A stretch of 36,465 nt of DNA from a virus. The DNA lies in IMG/VR virus record IMGVR_UViG_3300045988_017676, positions 1 to 36,465 of that record; one strand, given 5' to 3'. The notes beneath the pieces are model-generated. The model was not told where the DNA came from. It saw only the letters and a program-made list of their open reading frames with translations, and did no database searches. The position numbers and the translations under genes are program-made. Position 1 is the stretch's first letter. Every line of letters starts with the position of its first letter. Shown one piece after another: positions 21,993 to 32,162 of the stretch.

Positions 21993-22079
21993 TTGGTCAG
22001 TAGATTAGACCTTAAACAGTCAATTCGTGGTGGATGGTTACACACCTTAAACAACCTAAGACGAAAGGAGAATAGGAAC

Positions 22080-22628
22080 ATGAAAACAGATTTTTTAAAA
22101 GGACTTGGATTGGAGCAGGATGTAATCGATAAGATTATGGCAGAGAATGGAAAAGATATTGCAGCTGAAAAGGCAAAGACAACCAAAGCAGAGGGTGAGC
22201 GCGACAATTACAAAAGTCAGCTTGAGACAGCAACAGAATCTTTGGAAAAGTTTAAAGATGTTGACCCAACAGCTATGCAGGGAGAAATCGACAAACTGAA
22301 TCAGCAGTTAAAAGATAAAGATGCCGAGTATGCTGCAAAAGAAGCGGACCGTATCTTTTCCGACACGATCAAAGAAGCAATCAAGACGGCCGGCGGTCGC
22401 AACGAAAAAGCAGTTATGGCTATGCTTGATATGAACGCTTTGAAAGAATCGAAAAACCAGTCTGAGGACATCAAGAAAGCATTGGAAACCGTAAAGGAGT
22501 CTGATGCTTATTTATTTGGCTCTGATGAGCCTTTTAAGAACCCAGTGGGAGCAACTGGTGGTTCTGGTACTGGTGGAGATAACTTCTCTGCAATCAGAGC
22601 GGCTATGGGGCTTCCGGCAGAGAAATAA
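22080..22628 (+). CDS. Scaffolding protein (Phage_GP20 type)
   Basis: MKTDFLKGLGLEQDVIDKIMAENGKDIAAEKAK is a typical GP20 N-terminus. SD AAGGAGAA. The track ORF has a spurious N-terminal extension. Confidence 0.88.
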   Translation: MKTDFLKGLGLEQDVIDKIMAENGKDIAAEKAKTTKAEGERDNYKSQLETATESLEKFKDVDPTAMQGEIDKLNQQLKDKDAEYAAKEADRIFSDTIKEAIKTAGGRNEKAVMAMLDMNALKESKNQSEDIKKALETVKESDAYLFGSDEPFKNPVGATGGSGTGGDNFSAIRAAMGLPAEK

Positions 22629-22652
22629 TTAAGAAAGAAGAGGTAAATAATT

Positions 22653-23510
22653 ATGGCAAACACAATCGCATTAAGAAAAGCGTATTCTACAATGTTGGAT
22701 GAGGTTTACAAACTGTCATCCCTTACAGCGGTTCTGGACGGACCGAATGAACTTGTAAAAGAGGGAGCAAACGCGAATGAGATTCTGATCCCGAAAATGT
22801 CCATGCAGGGACTTGCGGACTACAATAAGCAGACAGGCTATGTTGCAGGTGATGTGACACTTGAATACGAGACTAAGAAATGTACTTATGATCGAGGCCG
22901 CATGTTCACTGTGGACGCTATGGACAATATCGAGTCTGCAGGTGTTGCCTTCGGACGTCTTTCCGGAGAATTTTTGAGAACACAGGTTGTTCCGGAGCTT
23001 GACGCTTGGAGACTTGCATCTTATGCAGGATACGCACCATCTACTAATAAAGTGGCAGCAGCGATTGCAGATGCGAAAGCCGGAATTGCAGCAATTAGAA
23101 AAGGCAAGACTGCTATTAAAAATGCGGAGGCAAAGCCGGAAACCTGTTATCTGTATATCTCTGCCGCACTCAAAGGGGATATTGAGGACCTTGATACAAC
23201 GGCATCCAAGAAAGTTCTGGAAGGCTGGGCTGGAGTGATTGAAGTTCCTGAGGGAAGATTTTTCGACAAAGTCACGTTGACAGCATCTGGAGCCGGCGGC
23301 TTTACAACAACAGGCGGTAAGAAGATTGATTTCTTGATTGTTGACAAGAATGCAGTAATCCAGAATCAGAAGCACACTGTATCTAAGATCATCACACCGG
23401 ATCAGAACCAGGATGCAGATGCTTGGAAGTTCGGATATCGTACCGTAGGTATCGCAGAGGCGAAAGATAACAAGAAAGTGGCTATCTATGTACATACTGC
23501 AGTGGTTTAA
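22653..23510 (+). CDS. Major capsid protein
   Basis: Follows the scaffold. 285 aa. RMFTVDAMDNIESAGVAFGRLSGEFLRTQVVPELDAWR is capsid-like. Confidence 0.88.
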   Translation: MANTIALRKAYSTMLDEVYKLSSLTAVLDGPNELVKEGANANEILIPKMSMQGLADYNKQTGYVAGDVTLEYETKKCTYDRGRMFTVDAMDNIESAGVAFGRLSGEFLRTQVVPELDAWRLASYAGYAPSTNKVAAAIADAKAGIAAIRKGKTAIKNAEAKPETCYLYISAALKGDIEDLDTTASKKVLEGWAGVIEVPEGRFFDKVTLTASGAGGFTTTGGKKIDFLIVDKNAVIQNQKHTVSKIITPDQNQDADAWKFGYRTVGIAEAKDNKKVAIYVHTAVV

Positions 23511-23549
23511 TAGCCACTGTATTGATAAAGACGAGACAGGGGTGAAAAT

Positions 23550-23792
23550 ATGGCATATTCAAAGAAAACATGGGTTGACGGTGAGGTCATCACGAAAGAA
23601 GCAATGAATAATATTGAAAATGGTGTTGCCACTGCTGATGCTGGCATTCCGGTAAATGCAACAAAAGCAAAAGCCGGGGTAGTGAAGCAAGCAACGCTTG
23701 TACCGGAAGCTGCGGGAACAAACGTAACAAAGGAAGAGTTCAAGGCATTGCTGGACGCATTGAAAGCCTCTGGACAGATGGCAAGTTCATAG
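23550..23792 (+). CDS. Head fibre / decoration-like protein
   Basis: KKTWVDGEVITKEAMNNIENG N-terminus and AGVVKQATLV...EEFKALLDALKASGQM C-terminus. Confidence 0.55.
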   Translation: MAYSKKTWVDGEVITKEAMNNIENGVATADAGIPVNATKAKAGVVKQATLVPEAAGTNVTKEEFKALLDALKASGQMASS

Positions 23793-23804
23793 GAGTGCAT
23801 CGTC

Positions 23805-24185
23805 GTGATTACAGTAGATTTTAGCTTTTACAAGGAAAAATATTTTGGGACTTTGATCGAGGAAGAACAGAAGTTTCGACAGCCGATCATGAAGGCAAAC
23901 ACTTATTTAAAACAGAACATGTATATGAACCCGAGTGAAGAAGATATGGAGCTGGTGAAGTTGTGCTTGTGCGAAGTTTCGGAAATGATTTATCAAGACG
24001 ATGTAAACAAGCGAGAGCATGGTGGAAGGGAGGTTCAATCCGAAAATACAGATGGATATTCTGTAAGCTATGCAACCGAGGCGGAGGCAGGAAAGATCGC
24101 GGTGAATTCTTTGCAGATTAAGATATACGAGGTCATTCAAAGATATCTAGCCCATACCGGGCTTCTATATTTGGGGGTGGAATAG
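23805..24185 (+). CDS. Head-tail connector/adaptor (gp15/gp6-like)
   Basis: Position and size. GTG start. Confidence 0.65.
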   Translation: MITVDFSFYKEKYFGTLIEEEQKFRQPIMKANTYLKQNMYMNPSEEDMELVKLCLCEVSEMIYQDDVNKREHGGREVQSENTDGYSVSYATEAEAGKIAVNSLQIKIYEVIQRYLAHTGLLYLGVE

Positions 24186-24595
24186 TGGTCACAAATGCAA
24201 CGATTACAATTTTCAACCGTATCCCGGATAAGGTCAGCAAAAAGTTTGTTTATGTCCCGCATGCAATCCAGAGAGTATGGTTTCACACAAAACAGAAAAG
24301 CAGTGTAGGGGAAAACGGTCTGAAAAGCGCAGATGAATATCAGATCAGGATACCGTATTCGGAGTGCGAGAACTGGTTGCCGAGTGATGAGTTTTTAAGA
24401 TCAGAAACCCCATCCCGAAATTGGACTGTACAAAATGGTGATTTGTTTATTGTTGGAATATGGAACGGTGCAGATCGTGTAAGTGGGATAAACGAGATTA
24501 AAAAAGAGTTCTCAGGAGTGGTAGGGGAGATCCTAAGCCATTCTGTGAACTTTTTTGGTTCTTCTAAACACATTCGGTTAGGTGGTGGCTCTTAA
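24185..24595 (+). CDS. Head closure / stopper-like protein
   Basis: Position and size. GTG start overlapping the previous stop. Confidence 0.55.
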   Translation: MVTNATITIFNRIPDKVSKKFVYVPHAIQRVWFHTKQKSSVGENGLKSADEYQIRIPYSECENWLPSDEFLRSETPSRNWTVQNGDLFIVGIWNGADRVSGINEIKKEFSGVVGEILSHSVNFFGSSKHIRLGGGS

Positions 24596-24924
24596 TGACA
24601 AAGATTAAGCTAAATATAGATCCTGTGGATAAAATTCTGCTAAGAAGAAAGTTGAATAAGAACGGAGACGGACAGAGATTTTTTACTCACGAAGTAAGGA
24701 GGTTGTCAGATCCGTATGTCCCTAGGCGCACCGGGGTTATGAAAAATACTGCCATAGAGCAGATAAACAAAATAACATATCCACAGCCTTATTCTCGCCG
24801 ACAGTATTACGAGCATAAAGGTGACGGCTTAAGAGGTCCGCAATGGGATAAGCGCATGTGGAACGACCGTGGCGAAGAAATCATAAAAGCCACGGCGAAA
24901 TATTGTGGAGGAAAAGCAAAATGA
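24595..24924 (+). CDS. Head-tail joining protein (HK97 gp10-like)
   Basis: Position. TAATG coupling. Confidence 0.55.
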   Translation: MTKIKLNIDPVDKILLRRKLNKNGDGQRFFTHEVRRLSDPYVPRRTGVMKNTAIEQINKITYPQPYSRRQYYEHKGDGLRGPQWDKRMWNDRGEEIIKATAKYCGGKAK

Positions 24925-25349
24925 GTGTGGCAAGTAAAGTTGTGGAATTTATTCAGACGTGTCCTTTTCTCGAAGAATTTGCAGAACTCTTTCCAGTCGT
25001 TCATTTGGACAAATTAGAAGAAGACACGACAGCATACTGTATTGAAAGCACTCCAGTAGAACCGATCTTGAAGAGGTACACGAATGGGGACACCATAAGG
25101 CAGTATGTTTTTTCTCTATGTTCAAGAGAGCTTTACGGAGAAGAAGAGAACAAAGATACATCTGAATTTTACGAAAAGTTTTCTGATTGGCTGGAAGAGT
25201 GTACGAGCGCAGGCAATTTGCCGGATTTAAGAGGAAACTTGCAGAGCAGGTCTATCCGAGCGACAACGGATGGATACCTGTATGATGCACAAGAAACAAA
25301 ATGCCAGTACAGAATACAGTGTCAATTTATTTACTTTAAACGGAGGTAG
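24921..25349 (+). CDS. Tail completion / terminator protein
   Basis: ATG at 24921 after GGAGG. ATGA coupling. Immediately upstream of the major tail gene. Confidence 0.55.
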   Translation: MSVASKVVEFIQTCPFLEEFAELFPVVHLDKLEEDTTAYCIESTPVEPILKRYTNGDTIRQYVFSLCSRELYGEEENKDTSEFYEKFSDWLEECTSAGNLPDLRGNLQSRSIRATTDGYLYDAQETKCQYRIQCQFIYFKRR

Positions 25350-25354
25350 AAAGA

Positions 25355-25885
25355 ATGAAAATGAACTTACAATTTTATGCGGAAGCAAAAGAATCTGGAG
25401 TTGAGCAGAGATACCAGCAGCCGGATTATATTGATGTGACAGGTGGCGGCGAAATGCCACAGTTTGAACTTCTCGGAGTTGGAGTGACACAGCTGGATAA
25501 CTCTCCTTCAGCTCAGACAACTTCAAAACGATACGTGAATCAGAAGTCAGCTACACAGTCAATTGGATCGTATGAATGGACAGCGCCGCTCGAGTTTGAT
25601 TTGATTCGCTCAGAGAAGGCAATCCAGTTTATTGCAGATATTGGAGAGAATGAAAAAACAGGTGTAGAAGCTGAAACGCTTTACGTTAAAGTTTATCTTA
25701 ATAAGCCTGTGGACTTAAAAGAAAATACTTTCGAGGCTAGACAAAGGAGAGTCGCAGTAGAAGTTGCGGAATTCTCTGACAACGATGGAGAAATTCAAGG
25801 ATCGGGAAATCTCCTTGGCAAAACCGACTGGGTTAAGGGAGAGTTTAATACCAAAACGAAGACATTTACGCCAGCGGGGGAATAG
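25355..25885 (+). CDS. Major tail protein (TP901-1/phi13-like)
   Basis: 176 aa. Sits upstream of the chaperones and the tape measure. SD ACGGAGGT. Confidence 0.82.
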   Translation: MKMNLQFYAEAKESGVEQRYQQPDYIDVTGGGEMPQFELLGVGVTQLDNSPSAQTTSKRYVNQKSATQSIGSYEWTAPLEFDLIRSEKAIQFIADIGENEKTGVEAETLYVKVYLNKPVDLKENTFEARQRRVAVEVAEFSDNDGEIQGSGNLLGKTDWVKGEFNTKTKTFTPAGE

Positions 25886-25897
25886 TATCCCCTGCTG
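25872..25897 (+). terminator. Hairpin spanning the major-tail stop codon (attenuator/terminator-like, no U-tract)
   Basis: CAGCGGGGGA-atagta-TCCCCTGCTG, 10-bp stem with one G-U pair. Confidence 0.4.
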
Positions 25898-25966
25898 ATA
25901 ATGCCTTAATTGGACAGGGGAAAATTGGCAAGGCAAAGATTGGAAAGAAATAGGAGGAGCTTGCAA

Positions 25967-26341
25967 ATGAAAATCAACAACGTAGAACTCGATTTTAACT
26001 TATACGATGCAGATAACGTGGAGTTAAGGAAAAGGTATTTTGGAAAACTGGATGAAATGAAAACGGTTGTAGAGGACATTCCAGACGGTACAGAAACTGA
26101 AAAGCATAGGTACTTGTGCGGAAGAGTTAAGAGTATTTTTGATGCAGTCTTCGGCGAAGGGACTGGGGTTAAAGTGTGCGGCGCAAAAGACGATTTGTTA
26201 GTTTGCATGAAAGCTTATGATGAACTTGTGTCTGAACAGGTAAGACAAGACAATGAGTACCTAAAGATCATGCAAAGCATTGCTAAAAAAGGTAAGGTAT
26301 CGAGCGGAAGCAGGAATAAGAACAGAAGGAATGCAAGATGA
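25967..26341 (+). CDS. Tail assembly chaperone
   Basis: ATG after TAGGAGGAG. Position between the major tail protein and the tape measure. Confidence 0.7.
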   Translation: MKINNVELDFNLYDADNVELRKRYFGKLDEMKTVVEDIPDGTETEKHRYLCGRVKSIFDAVFGEGTGVKVCGAKDDLLVCMKAYDELVSEQVRQDNEYLKIMQSIAKKGKVSSGSRNKNRRNAR

Positions 26342-26940
26342 GCATTTTAACAGAGTTCTTTCCGGAATCATTGGTCGTAGACGGTGTGGAATGTCTGATA
26401 CATTCAGATTTTCGCACCGTTTTAAAATGCAACAAAATCATCGAAAGGGAATCAGAGCTTTCCCGGGAGTCTTTGTTAGAGATATTGCAGATGTTTTATA
26501 AGGGCTGCACGTTTTTTACAGAGGAGCACATCGAGAAAATGTTCTGGTTCTTTTCTTGTGGGAGAGAAAAAAAGAAAAAGAGATTCCCACGGAAGATTGC
26601 AGGATTGAATGATAAACAGTCTTTTGATTTTGAAGAGGATGCGGAGCTGATATACGCAGGATTCCAACAACAGTATGGAATTGATCTGCAAAGAGAAAGA
26701 ATGCACTGGTGGAGATTTATGATCTTGCTCGATAATTTCGGAGCAGATACAAGGCTATCTAAAGTCATGGAATATCGCACAACGGATACTGCGAATAAGA
26801 AACTCGGAAAAGAAGAACGGGCTTTCTTCCAAGCAATGCAGAGATATTATGGACTGGATAAAACGGTAGTTGTGGACGAGCATACAAAGCAGCTTGAAGA
26901 AGCGCTTATGAACGGTGGAGATGTAAGTGGATTGTTGTAA
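26338..26940 (+). CDS. Phage Gp15-family protein (second tail chaperone)
   Basis: MSILTEFFPESLVVDGVECLIHSDFRTVLK fits the Phage_Gp15 pattern. ATGA overlap. Lies in the -1 frame relative to the upstream ORF. Confidence 0.72.
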   Translation: MSILTEFFPESLVVDGVECLIHSDFRTVLKCNKIIERESELSRESLLEILQMFYKGCTFFTEEHIEKMFWFFSCGREKKKKRFPRKIAGLNDKQSFDFEEDAELIYAGFQQQYGIDLQRERMHWWRFMILLDNFGADTRLSKVMEYRTTDTANKKLGKEERAFFQAMQRYYGLDKTVVVDEHTKQLEEALMNGGDVSGLL

Positions 26941-26952
26941 GGTGGTGAGCAA

Positions 26953-29900
26953 ATGGCAGACGGTAAAGTCGTAATCGAAACAGATCTGGATTCTTCCGGG
27001 ATAGAAAAAGGACTCAAGAAGTCAGAAAAATCTATGAAATCACAAGCTGCCAGTATGGCAGCAGAGTACCGGAAACAGGGAATGAGTGCCAGTGATGCGT
27101 TTAAAAAGGCGTGGAGTGAGATAGAAAGAGGTTCGTCAGCATCTGCATCCACAGCGAAACGAGAATTTAGCGAAATGGGGCAGAGCGCAGAACAAGCGGC
27201 GAGTCATGCAGAACGAGAGTGGAAATCATCCAGTACCGGAATTGGAAGTGCGATATCTAAAATAGGAAGTTTAGCATCCAAAGGTTTAAAGGTCGCAACT
27301 GTAGCGATCACGGGAACGGCAGCAGCACTTGGTGGAGTTTCGGCAGCGGCAATCAAGGTGGGTTCTGATTTTGAATCTCAGATGTCTAGAGTCAAAGCTA
27401 TCTCCGGAGCAACAGGAGAAGAATTTGAAAAATTAAAAGAACAAGCAATTCAGCTTGGTGCAGACACTGCATTTTCTTCCAAACAGGCAGCGGAGGGTAT
27501 GGAGAACCTTGCAGCAGCCGGGTTCGCTACGAACGAGATTGTCGATGCGATGCCAGGATTGTTAAGTCTTGCAGCTGCCGCAGGAGAAGATCTTGCAACA
27601 AGTTCAGATATTGCAGCTTCCACCCTTCGAGGGTTTGGGCTAGAAGCAAAGGATATGGCGCATGTGGCGGATGTGCTGGCTGCAAATGCAAATAGGACAA
27701 ACTCTTCGGTGGCGCAAACTGGAGACGCGATGAAATACGTTGCGCCTCTTGCAAGGGCAGCAGGGCTTAGTTTGGAAGAAACAGCAGCAGCAATCGGTAT
27801 CATGGCAGATGCCGGAATACAAGGAAGCCAAGCAGGAACAACGCTTCGCGGAGCGATTTCAAGGCTTTCTAAGCCAACGGATGACATGCAGGAAGCCATG
27901 GATGAATTAGGGATTTCTTTCTATGATTCCAATGGCAAAATGAAATCCTTAACCGAGCAGGTAGGAATGCTTCGCAAAGCCACGGAAGGCATGACAGATG
28001 AGCAGAGGAACAATCTCCTGGTTACTCTATATGGACAAGAAGCATTATCTGGAATGATGGCTCTTATCAATGAGGGAGAAGGCTCTCTTGGAGATTTGAC
28101 AGAAGCATACAAGGCCTGCGATGGAGAGGCGCAGAAAGCAGCAGAAACGATGCAGGATAATCTTTCAAGCGCCCTTGAGCAGTTGAGCGGATCAGCAGAA
28201 TCTCTCGGAATTGTTTTTTATGAAAGTGTAGCTGAAAACCTTAAAAAGACTGCACAGTCGGCAACAGACAGCGTAAACAACATCGCGGACGCATTTAAAA
28301 GCGGTGGAATGAATGCTGCAATCCAAGCGGCAGGAGATGAGTTTGCGAATCTTGCGACAGCAGCAGCGGAACACGCACCGGAGATGGTTGACACCGCAGT
28401 AGATTTTATCGAGTCTTTTGGAAGTGGGATTACTAAAAATAAGAAGAAGCTCTATAACAGTGCTGTTGATATGGCGGAGACACTCGGAACCGGACTAGCA
28501 AGGATACTTCCGGATGAATTGGAAAGACCAGTTGAGAGTGCAGTGAAATCCATTGCATCATCTCTTAATTCCGGCGGTCTAAAGAAAGCCGGGAAGACGG
28601 TAGAGACAACATTTAAAAATGTAATCGAAATCGTTGGTAAATTAGCAGACGTAGCATTGCCGCCACTCACAAAAGCAATTGACTTTGCAGGAGATCATTT
28701 TGATTTGCTTGCAACATCGGCAACAGCTACTTTTACAGCATTTAAAGGATATAAGATTTTTGCAACTACATCCAAAGCAATGAGCGGATTATCTGCCACT
28801 GTAAAAATGTTATCGGCGGCAGAAAAAGCTAACACACTGCAAGTATTGGAAGCTTCCGGAGCGCTGACAACCAAAGAAATGGTGGTCGGAGTGCTGACAG
28901 GAAAGATTACACTTGCAACAGCTGCACAGACAGCTTGGAACACAGCCATGAATGCCAATCCAATAGGGATTGTGGTTACGGCGATTGGAGCCTTAACAGC
29001 TGGGCTCGTAGCCTATAAAATAGCAACGAATGACTCCGAAGCCTCTCAGTACGCATTGACTGAAGAACAGAAGAAAGCGAATAAAGAGATACACAAACAG
29101 TACGAAGCATATAAGGAACTGGATTCTGCGAGAAAAGATGCAATGAGCGGCATAGATGCTGAGTATGCTCATTTAACGGAACTTAAAGACGAGCTTAACG
29201 CCTTAATTGATACAAACGGCAAAGTAAAATCCGGATATGAGGATAGGGCAAATTTTATCGTAAGTGAACTCTCGAGCGCCTTAGGGCTTGAAAAGGAGCA
29301 GATCTGGGAGATTATTAATGCAAATGGAAATCTGGAAGATTCCATTGATCAGGTCATTGAAAAGAAGAAAGCAGAAGCTTACCTGAATGCAAATGAAGAA
29401 GCTTACGCCGAGGCGATTAAAAATAAGAGTAGTGCGCTACAAACCTATGTAGGCAAATTGGCAGAATGCAAAGAAGCCGAAGAAGCTTACAACGAAGCGC
29501 AGGCTGCAGCTACCTCCGTCATGGAAGAATATCAAGAAATGTTTAAAGCATCTCCCGAAGCAGCGCAGGCGTACATCGAAGCTCAGAATGGCGTGCTTGT
29601 TGCTGCGGAGGAAGCGAAAAAGACCTTTAAAGAACAGAAAAAGGCGTTAAGTGAAGCAGAAGAAAGATATGTAGGATATAATGCTACGATCCAAAATTAC
29701 GAAGGACTCTCGAGTGCAATCGTCTCCGGCGATGCTGATAAGATTAACAGTGCTCTGTTTAACATGAAAAACAGCTTTATAACAGCTGAAACAGGAACGA
29801 AAAAGTCTCTTGAAAAGCAGGTTAAAAACGCCGAGAAAGCCTACAAAGACATTCAAAAAGCGATCAAAGACGGCACTCCGGGAATAACGCAAGAAGCGGT

Positions 29901-31221
29901 AGATGGCGCTAAACAGATGGTAGATGCAGCCAAAGCAGAAATGGACAAGTTTGAGGCAAAAGCGAAAGAGTCTACAAAGAAAGCCGGAGACGGAGCGGTT
30001 CAAGGATTGAACGAGAAGATGCCGGATTTTACAAATTCGGCTAAAAACTCAGCTCTAGCTTGGACCATGGGCTTCCAAAATTCAGAGGAGTTTCTAAAAA
30101 GCGGTAAGAAAGCGGGATGGAGCGTTAAGCAAGGCGTAGATTCCACGCAGCAAGAAATCAACGAAAGTGGAATAAACATTTCCGATTCCCTGAATAAGAA
30201 CTTGGGATCTGCTGACACAAAAGCAACCGGAAAGGCAAAACTGCTTGAATACAACCTTGGCATAGGAAGTCAGAAAGGAAATATCGACAAAACATCTGAT
30301 TTGATTGCAGAATCATCCAACAAAAAGCTTGGATCCAAAGACACGAAAAAGACTGGTTCTAAAAAGCTATCTGAATACAATTTCGGTGTAGGAAGTCAGA
30401 AGGGCAATGTCGATAGCACAGCGAGAAACATAGCAAATTCCGCAAATAGTATCCTAGGTAGTGCAGATACAAGAAGCACAGGTTCTTCTCAGGGTGGAAA
30501 ATATAACAGTGGTCTGGGATCCATGAACGGAAATATCAATTCCACAGCAATTGCTTTATCTGACACGGCTAACAGAGGTCTCGGGGCTGCAAATACAGCA
30601 GGGACGGGATCTAATCAAGGTTTGCGTTTCAGCAGAGGTGTAGGAAGTGTAAGCGCGTATAGCGATGGAGCATCCGTTTCTGAAACAGCGAAAAGCGGTA
30701 TGGGATCAGTAGATGCAAGTGGAACTGGAAGTAACTTCGTGCAAGGATTTGTTAATGGATTTGGGTTAGTAGATGTTTGGAATGCTGCCAAGAGCATCGG
30801 TGAACAGGCGTTAGGTGCAATTAAGAAATCATTAGGTATTCATTCGCCTTCGAGGGCAGCAATGGCTCTTGGTGAGTTTTTCGGACAAGGTTTTGTACTA
30901 GGAGTCGGAAACAAAGAGAAAGAAGTTGCGAAAACATCTAATAAACTCGGAGAAATAGCTCTAAATTCGTTAGATTTAACATCTGTATCACGTCGCGCGA
31001 GAGAAGTTATGGCATTTAATTCTAGTCGCATCTCACAAGGAATCGCCGGAAGAAATATGCAGATACAGCATATTGTTGAGCAGGACAAAAATCGTCTTAC
31101 AGATCGTGAGATAGAAGCAATCGGAAAAGGTGTTGCAAGCGTAGTGAATGCTCGAATGGAAGAATTTAGGTTTATTTTCAAAGAAAGAGAGCTAGGAAGA
31201 GCAGTAAGGAGTGTGACGTAA
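26953..31221 (+). CDS. Tail tape measure protein
   Basis: 1422 aa. TP901-type core ISGATGEEFEKLKEQAIQLGADTAFSSKQAAEGMENLAAAGF. Hydrophobic segments and coiled coils. Confidence 0.95.
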   Translation: MADGKVVIETDLDSSGIEKGLKKSEKSMKSQAASMAAEYRKQGMSASDAFKKAWSEIERGSSASASTAKREFSEMGQSAEQAASHAEREWKSSSTGIGSAISKIGSLASKGLKVATVAITGTAAALGGVSAAAIKVGSDFESQMSRVKAISGATGEEFEKLKEQAIQLGADTAFSSKQAAEGMENLAAAGFATNEIVDAMPGLLSLAAAAGEDLATSSDIAASTLRGFGLEAKDMAHVADVLAANANRTNSSVAQTGDAMKYVAPLARAAGLSLEETAAAIGIMADAGIQGSQAGTTLRGAISRLSKPTDDMQEAMDELGISFYDSNGKMKSLTEQVGMLRKATEGMTDEQRNNLLVTLYGQEALSGMMALINEGEGSLGDLTEAYKACDGEAQKAAETMQDNLSSALEQLSGSAESLGIVFYESVAENLKKTAQSATDSVNNIADAFKSGGMNAAIQAAGDEFANLATAAAEHAPEMVDTAVDFIESFGSGITKNKKKLYNSAVDMAETLGTGLARILPDELERPVESAVKSIASSLNSGGLKKAGKTVETTFKNVIEIVGKLADVALPPLTKAIDFAGDHFDLLATSATATFTAFKGYKIFATTSKAMSGLSATVKMLSAAEKANTLQVLEASGALTTKEMVVGVLTGKITLATAAQTAWNTAMNANPIGIVVTAIGALTAGLVAYKIATNDSEASQYALTEEQKKANKEIHKQYEAYKELDSARKDAMSGIDAEYAHLTELKDELNALIDTNGKVKSGYEDRANFIVSELSSALGLEKEQIWEIINANGNLEDSIDQVIEKKKAEAYLNANEEAYAEAIKNKSSALQTYVGKLAECKEAEEAYNEAQAAATSVMEEYQEMFKASPEAAQAYIEAQNGVLVAAEEAKKTFKEQKKALSEAEERYVGYNATIQNYEGLSSAIVSGDADKINSALFNMKNSFITAETGTKKSLEKQVKNAEKAYKDIQKAIKDGTPGITQEAVDGAKQMVDAAKAEMDKFEAKAKESTKKAGDGAVQGLNEKMPDFTNSAKNSALAWTMGFQNSEEFLKSGKKAGWSVKQGVDSTQQEINESGINISDSLNKNLGSADTKATGKAKLLEYNLGIGSQKGNIDKTSDLIAESSNKKLGSKDTKKTGSKKLSEYNFGVGSQKGNVDSTARNIANSANSILGSADTRSTGSSQGGKYNSGLGSMNGNINSTAIALSDTANRGLGAANTAGTGSNQGLRFSRGVGSVSAYSDGASVSETAKSGMGSVDASGTGSNFVQGFVNGFGLVDVWNAAKSIGEQALGAIKKSLGIHSPSRAAMALGEFFGQGFVLGVGNKEKEVAKTSNKLGEIALNSLDLTSVSRRAREVMAFNSSRISQGIAGRNMQIQHIVEQDKNRLTDREIEAIGKGVASVVNARMEEFRFIFKERELGRAVRSVT
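30202..30765 (+). repeat. About 4.5 tandem repeats of ~42 aa (126 nt) within the tape measure C-terminal region
   Basis: LGS[AK]DT+xTG...Y N.G.GS..GN[IV][DN]ST units start at 30202, 30328, 30454, 30580 and 30700. They are diverged at the DNA level. Confidence 0.8.
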
Positions 31222-32162
31222 TGAAAATAACGGATATTTATTATCTAAACAGCAGGGGCGAGAAGCTAAATCTTCTCAGCCCTCCTTATCAACTTCAGAC
31301 AGCCAATTTATTTGATTACAGCTGGGATTATTCGAGTATTGCAAGGCGCAGAAGAGGGCAGATAACAGCGTTCGCAAGAGGAATTACGACTTTTACATTA
31401 TTACTCGGCGTGAATGGATACAACGAAAAAGTATATCGAGATGCAATAGATCGATTTTATGAAGTAACAGAATACGACTTACTAAATCTAACACCTGGAA
31501 GGCTTTATGTTGGAGAATTTTATATAAACTGCTACATTAAATCATCTAAGAAAACAGACTGGGAGTGGGGAATTGAAACACTTGATAATGAAATCGAAGT
31601 GATTGCTGACTATCCTCATTGGTGCCGAGAAAAGGAATATCATTTCTATATGTCGTCTCAGTCTGTGATTGACGAGAGCGCCAAGGAGGAAAATGATAAT
31701 ATTATCCGATTTGCATCGTTAGAGCAGGATTATAAACATGATTATCCACGGAAATATCAGACGAGATACCATCCGGCAAAAAAACGGTATTTGCGAGATT
31801 ATAAATATGATTACTATCACAATCATCAACTGGCACGATTGGACAATGATCATTTTGTAGAAACTGATTTTAAAATGACTATTTATGGTCCGTGTACTGA
31901 GCCGAAAATTTGGATAGGTGATCACCTTTACCATGTAGCCGCAACATTATACGACTCAGAATATCTCGTGATTGATAGCAGAGAGAGAACGGTTGTGCGC
32001 TATGCAAGAAACGGCGTGCAAGAAAACTGTTTCGGGAAAAGAGATAATAAAAATTACGTTTTCCAAAAGATTCCGCCTGGTAAGAGTGCAGTGAAATGGA
32101 ATGCAACATACTCCTTCGATCTCACGCTTTACCAAGAAAGGAGCGAGCCACCATGGAGATGA
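31221..32162 (+). CDS. Distal tail protein (Dit, siphovirus tail component)
   Basis: Immediately follows the tape measure with a 1-nt overlap. 313 aa. Confidence 0.75.
   Translation: MKITDIYYLNSRGEKLNLLSPPYQLQTANLFDYSWDYSSIARRRRGQITAFARGITTFTLLLGVNGYNEKVYRDAIDRFYEVTEYDLLNLTPGRLYVGEFYINCYIKSSKKTDWEWGIETLDNEIEVIADYPHWCREKEYHFYMSSQSVIDESAKEENDNIIRFASLEQDYKHDYPRKYQTRYHPAKKRYLRDYKYDYYHNHQLARLDNDHFVETDFKMTIYGPCTEPKIWIGDHLYHVAATLYDSEYLVIDSRERTVVRYARNGVQENCFGKRDNKNYVFQKIPPGKSAVKWNATYSFDLTLYQERSEPPWR

Noticed and set aside
21975-22079. N-terminal extension of the scaffold ORF (track start 21975)
   Set aside because: The extension covers the terminator-like hairpin and has no SD. The ATG at 22080 has AAGGAGAA upstream and gives the canonical GP20 N-terminus.
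22716-23495. 259-aa antisense ORF inside the major capsid gene
   Set aside because: It lies entirely within a strongly supported CDS. It is Cys/Arg-rich with low-complexity composition and has no SD. This is typical shadow-ORF behaviour.
26320-26341. Programmed -1 frameshift joining the two tail chaperone ORFs (G/GT type)
   Set aside because: The second ORF is in the -1 frame, but that frame opens only 18 nt before its own ATG. No X-XXY-YYZ slippery heptamer is visible in that stretch, and the ORF has its own ATG with GAAGGAA upstream. Independent initiation is sufficient, although a non-canonical shift cannot be excluded.
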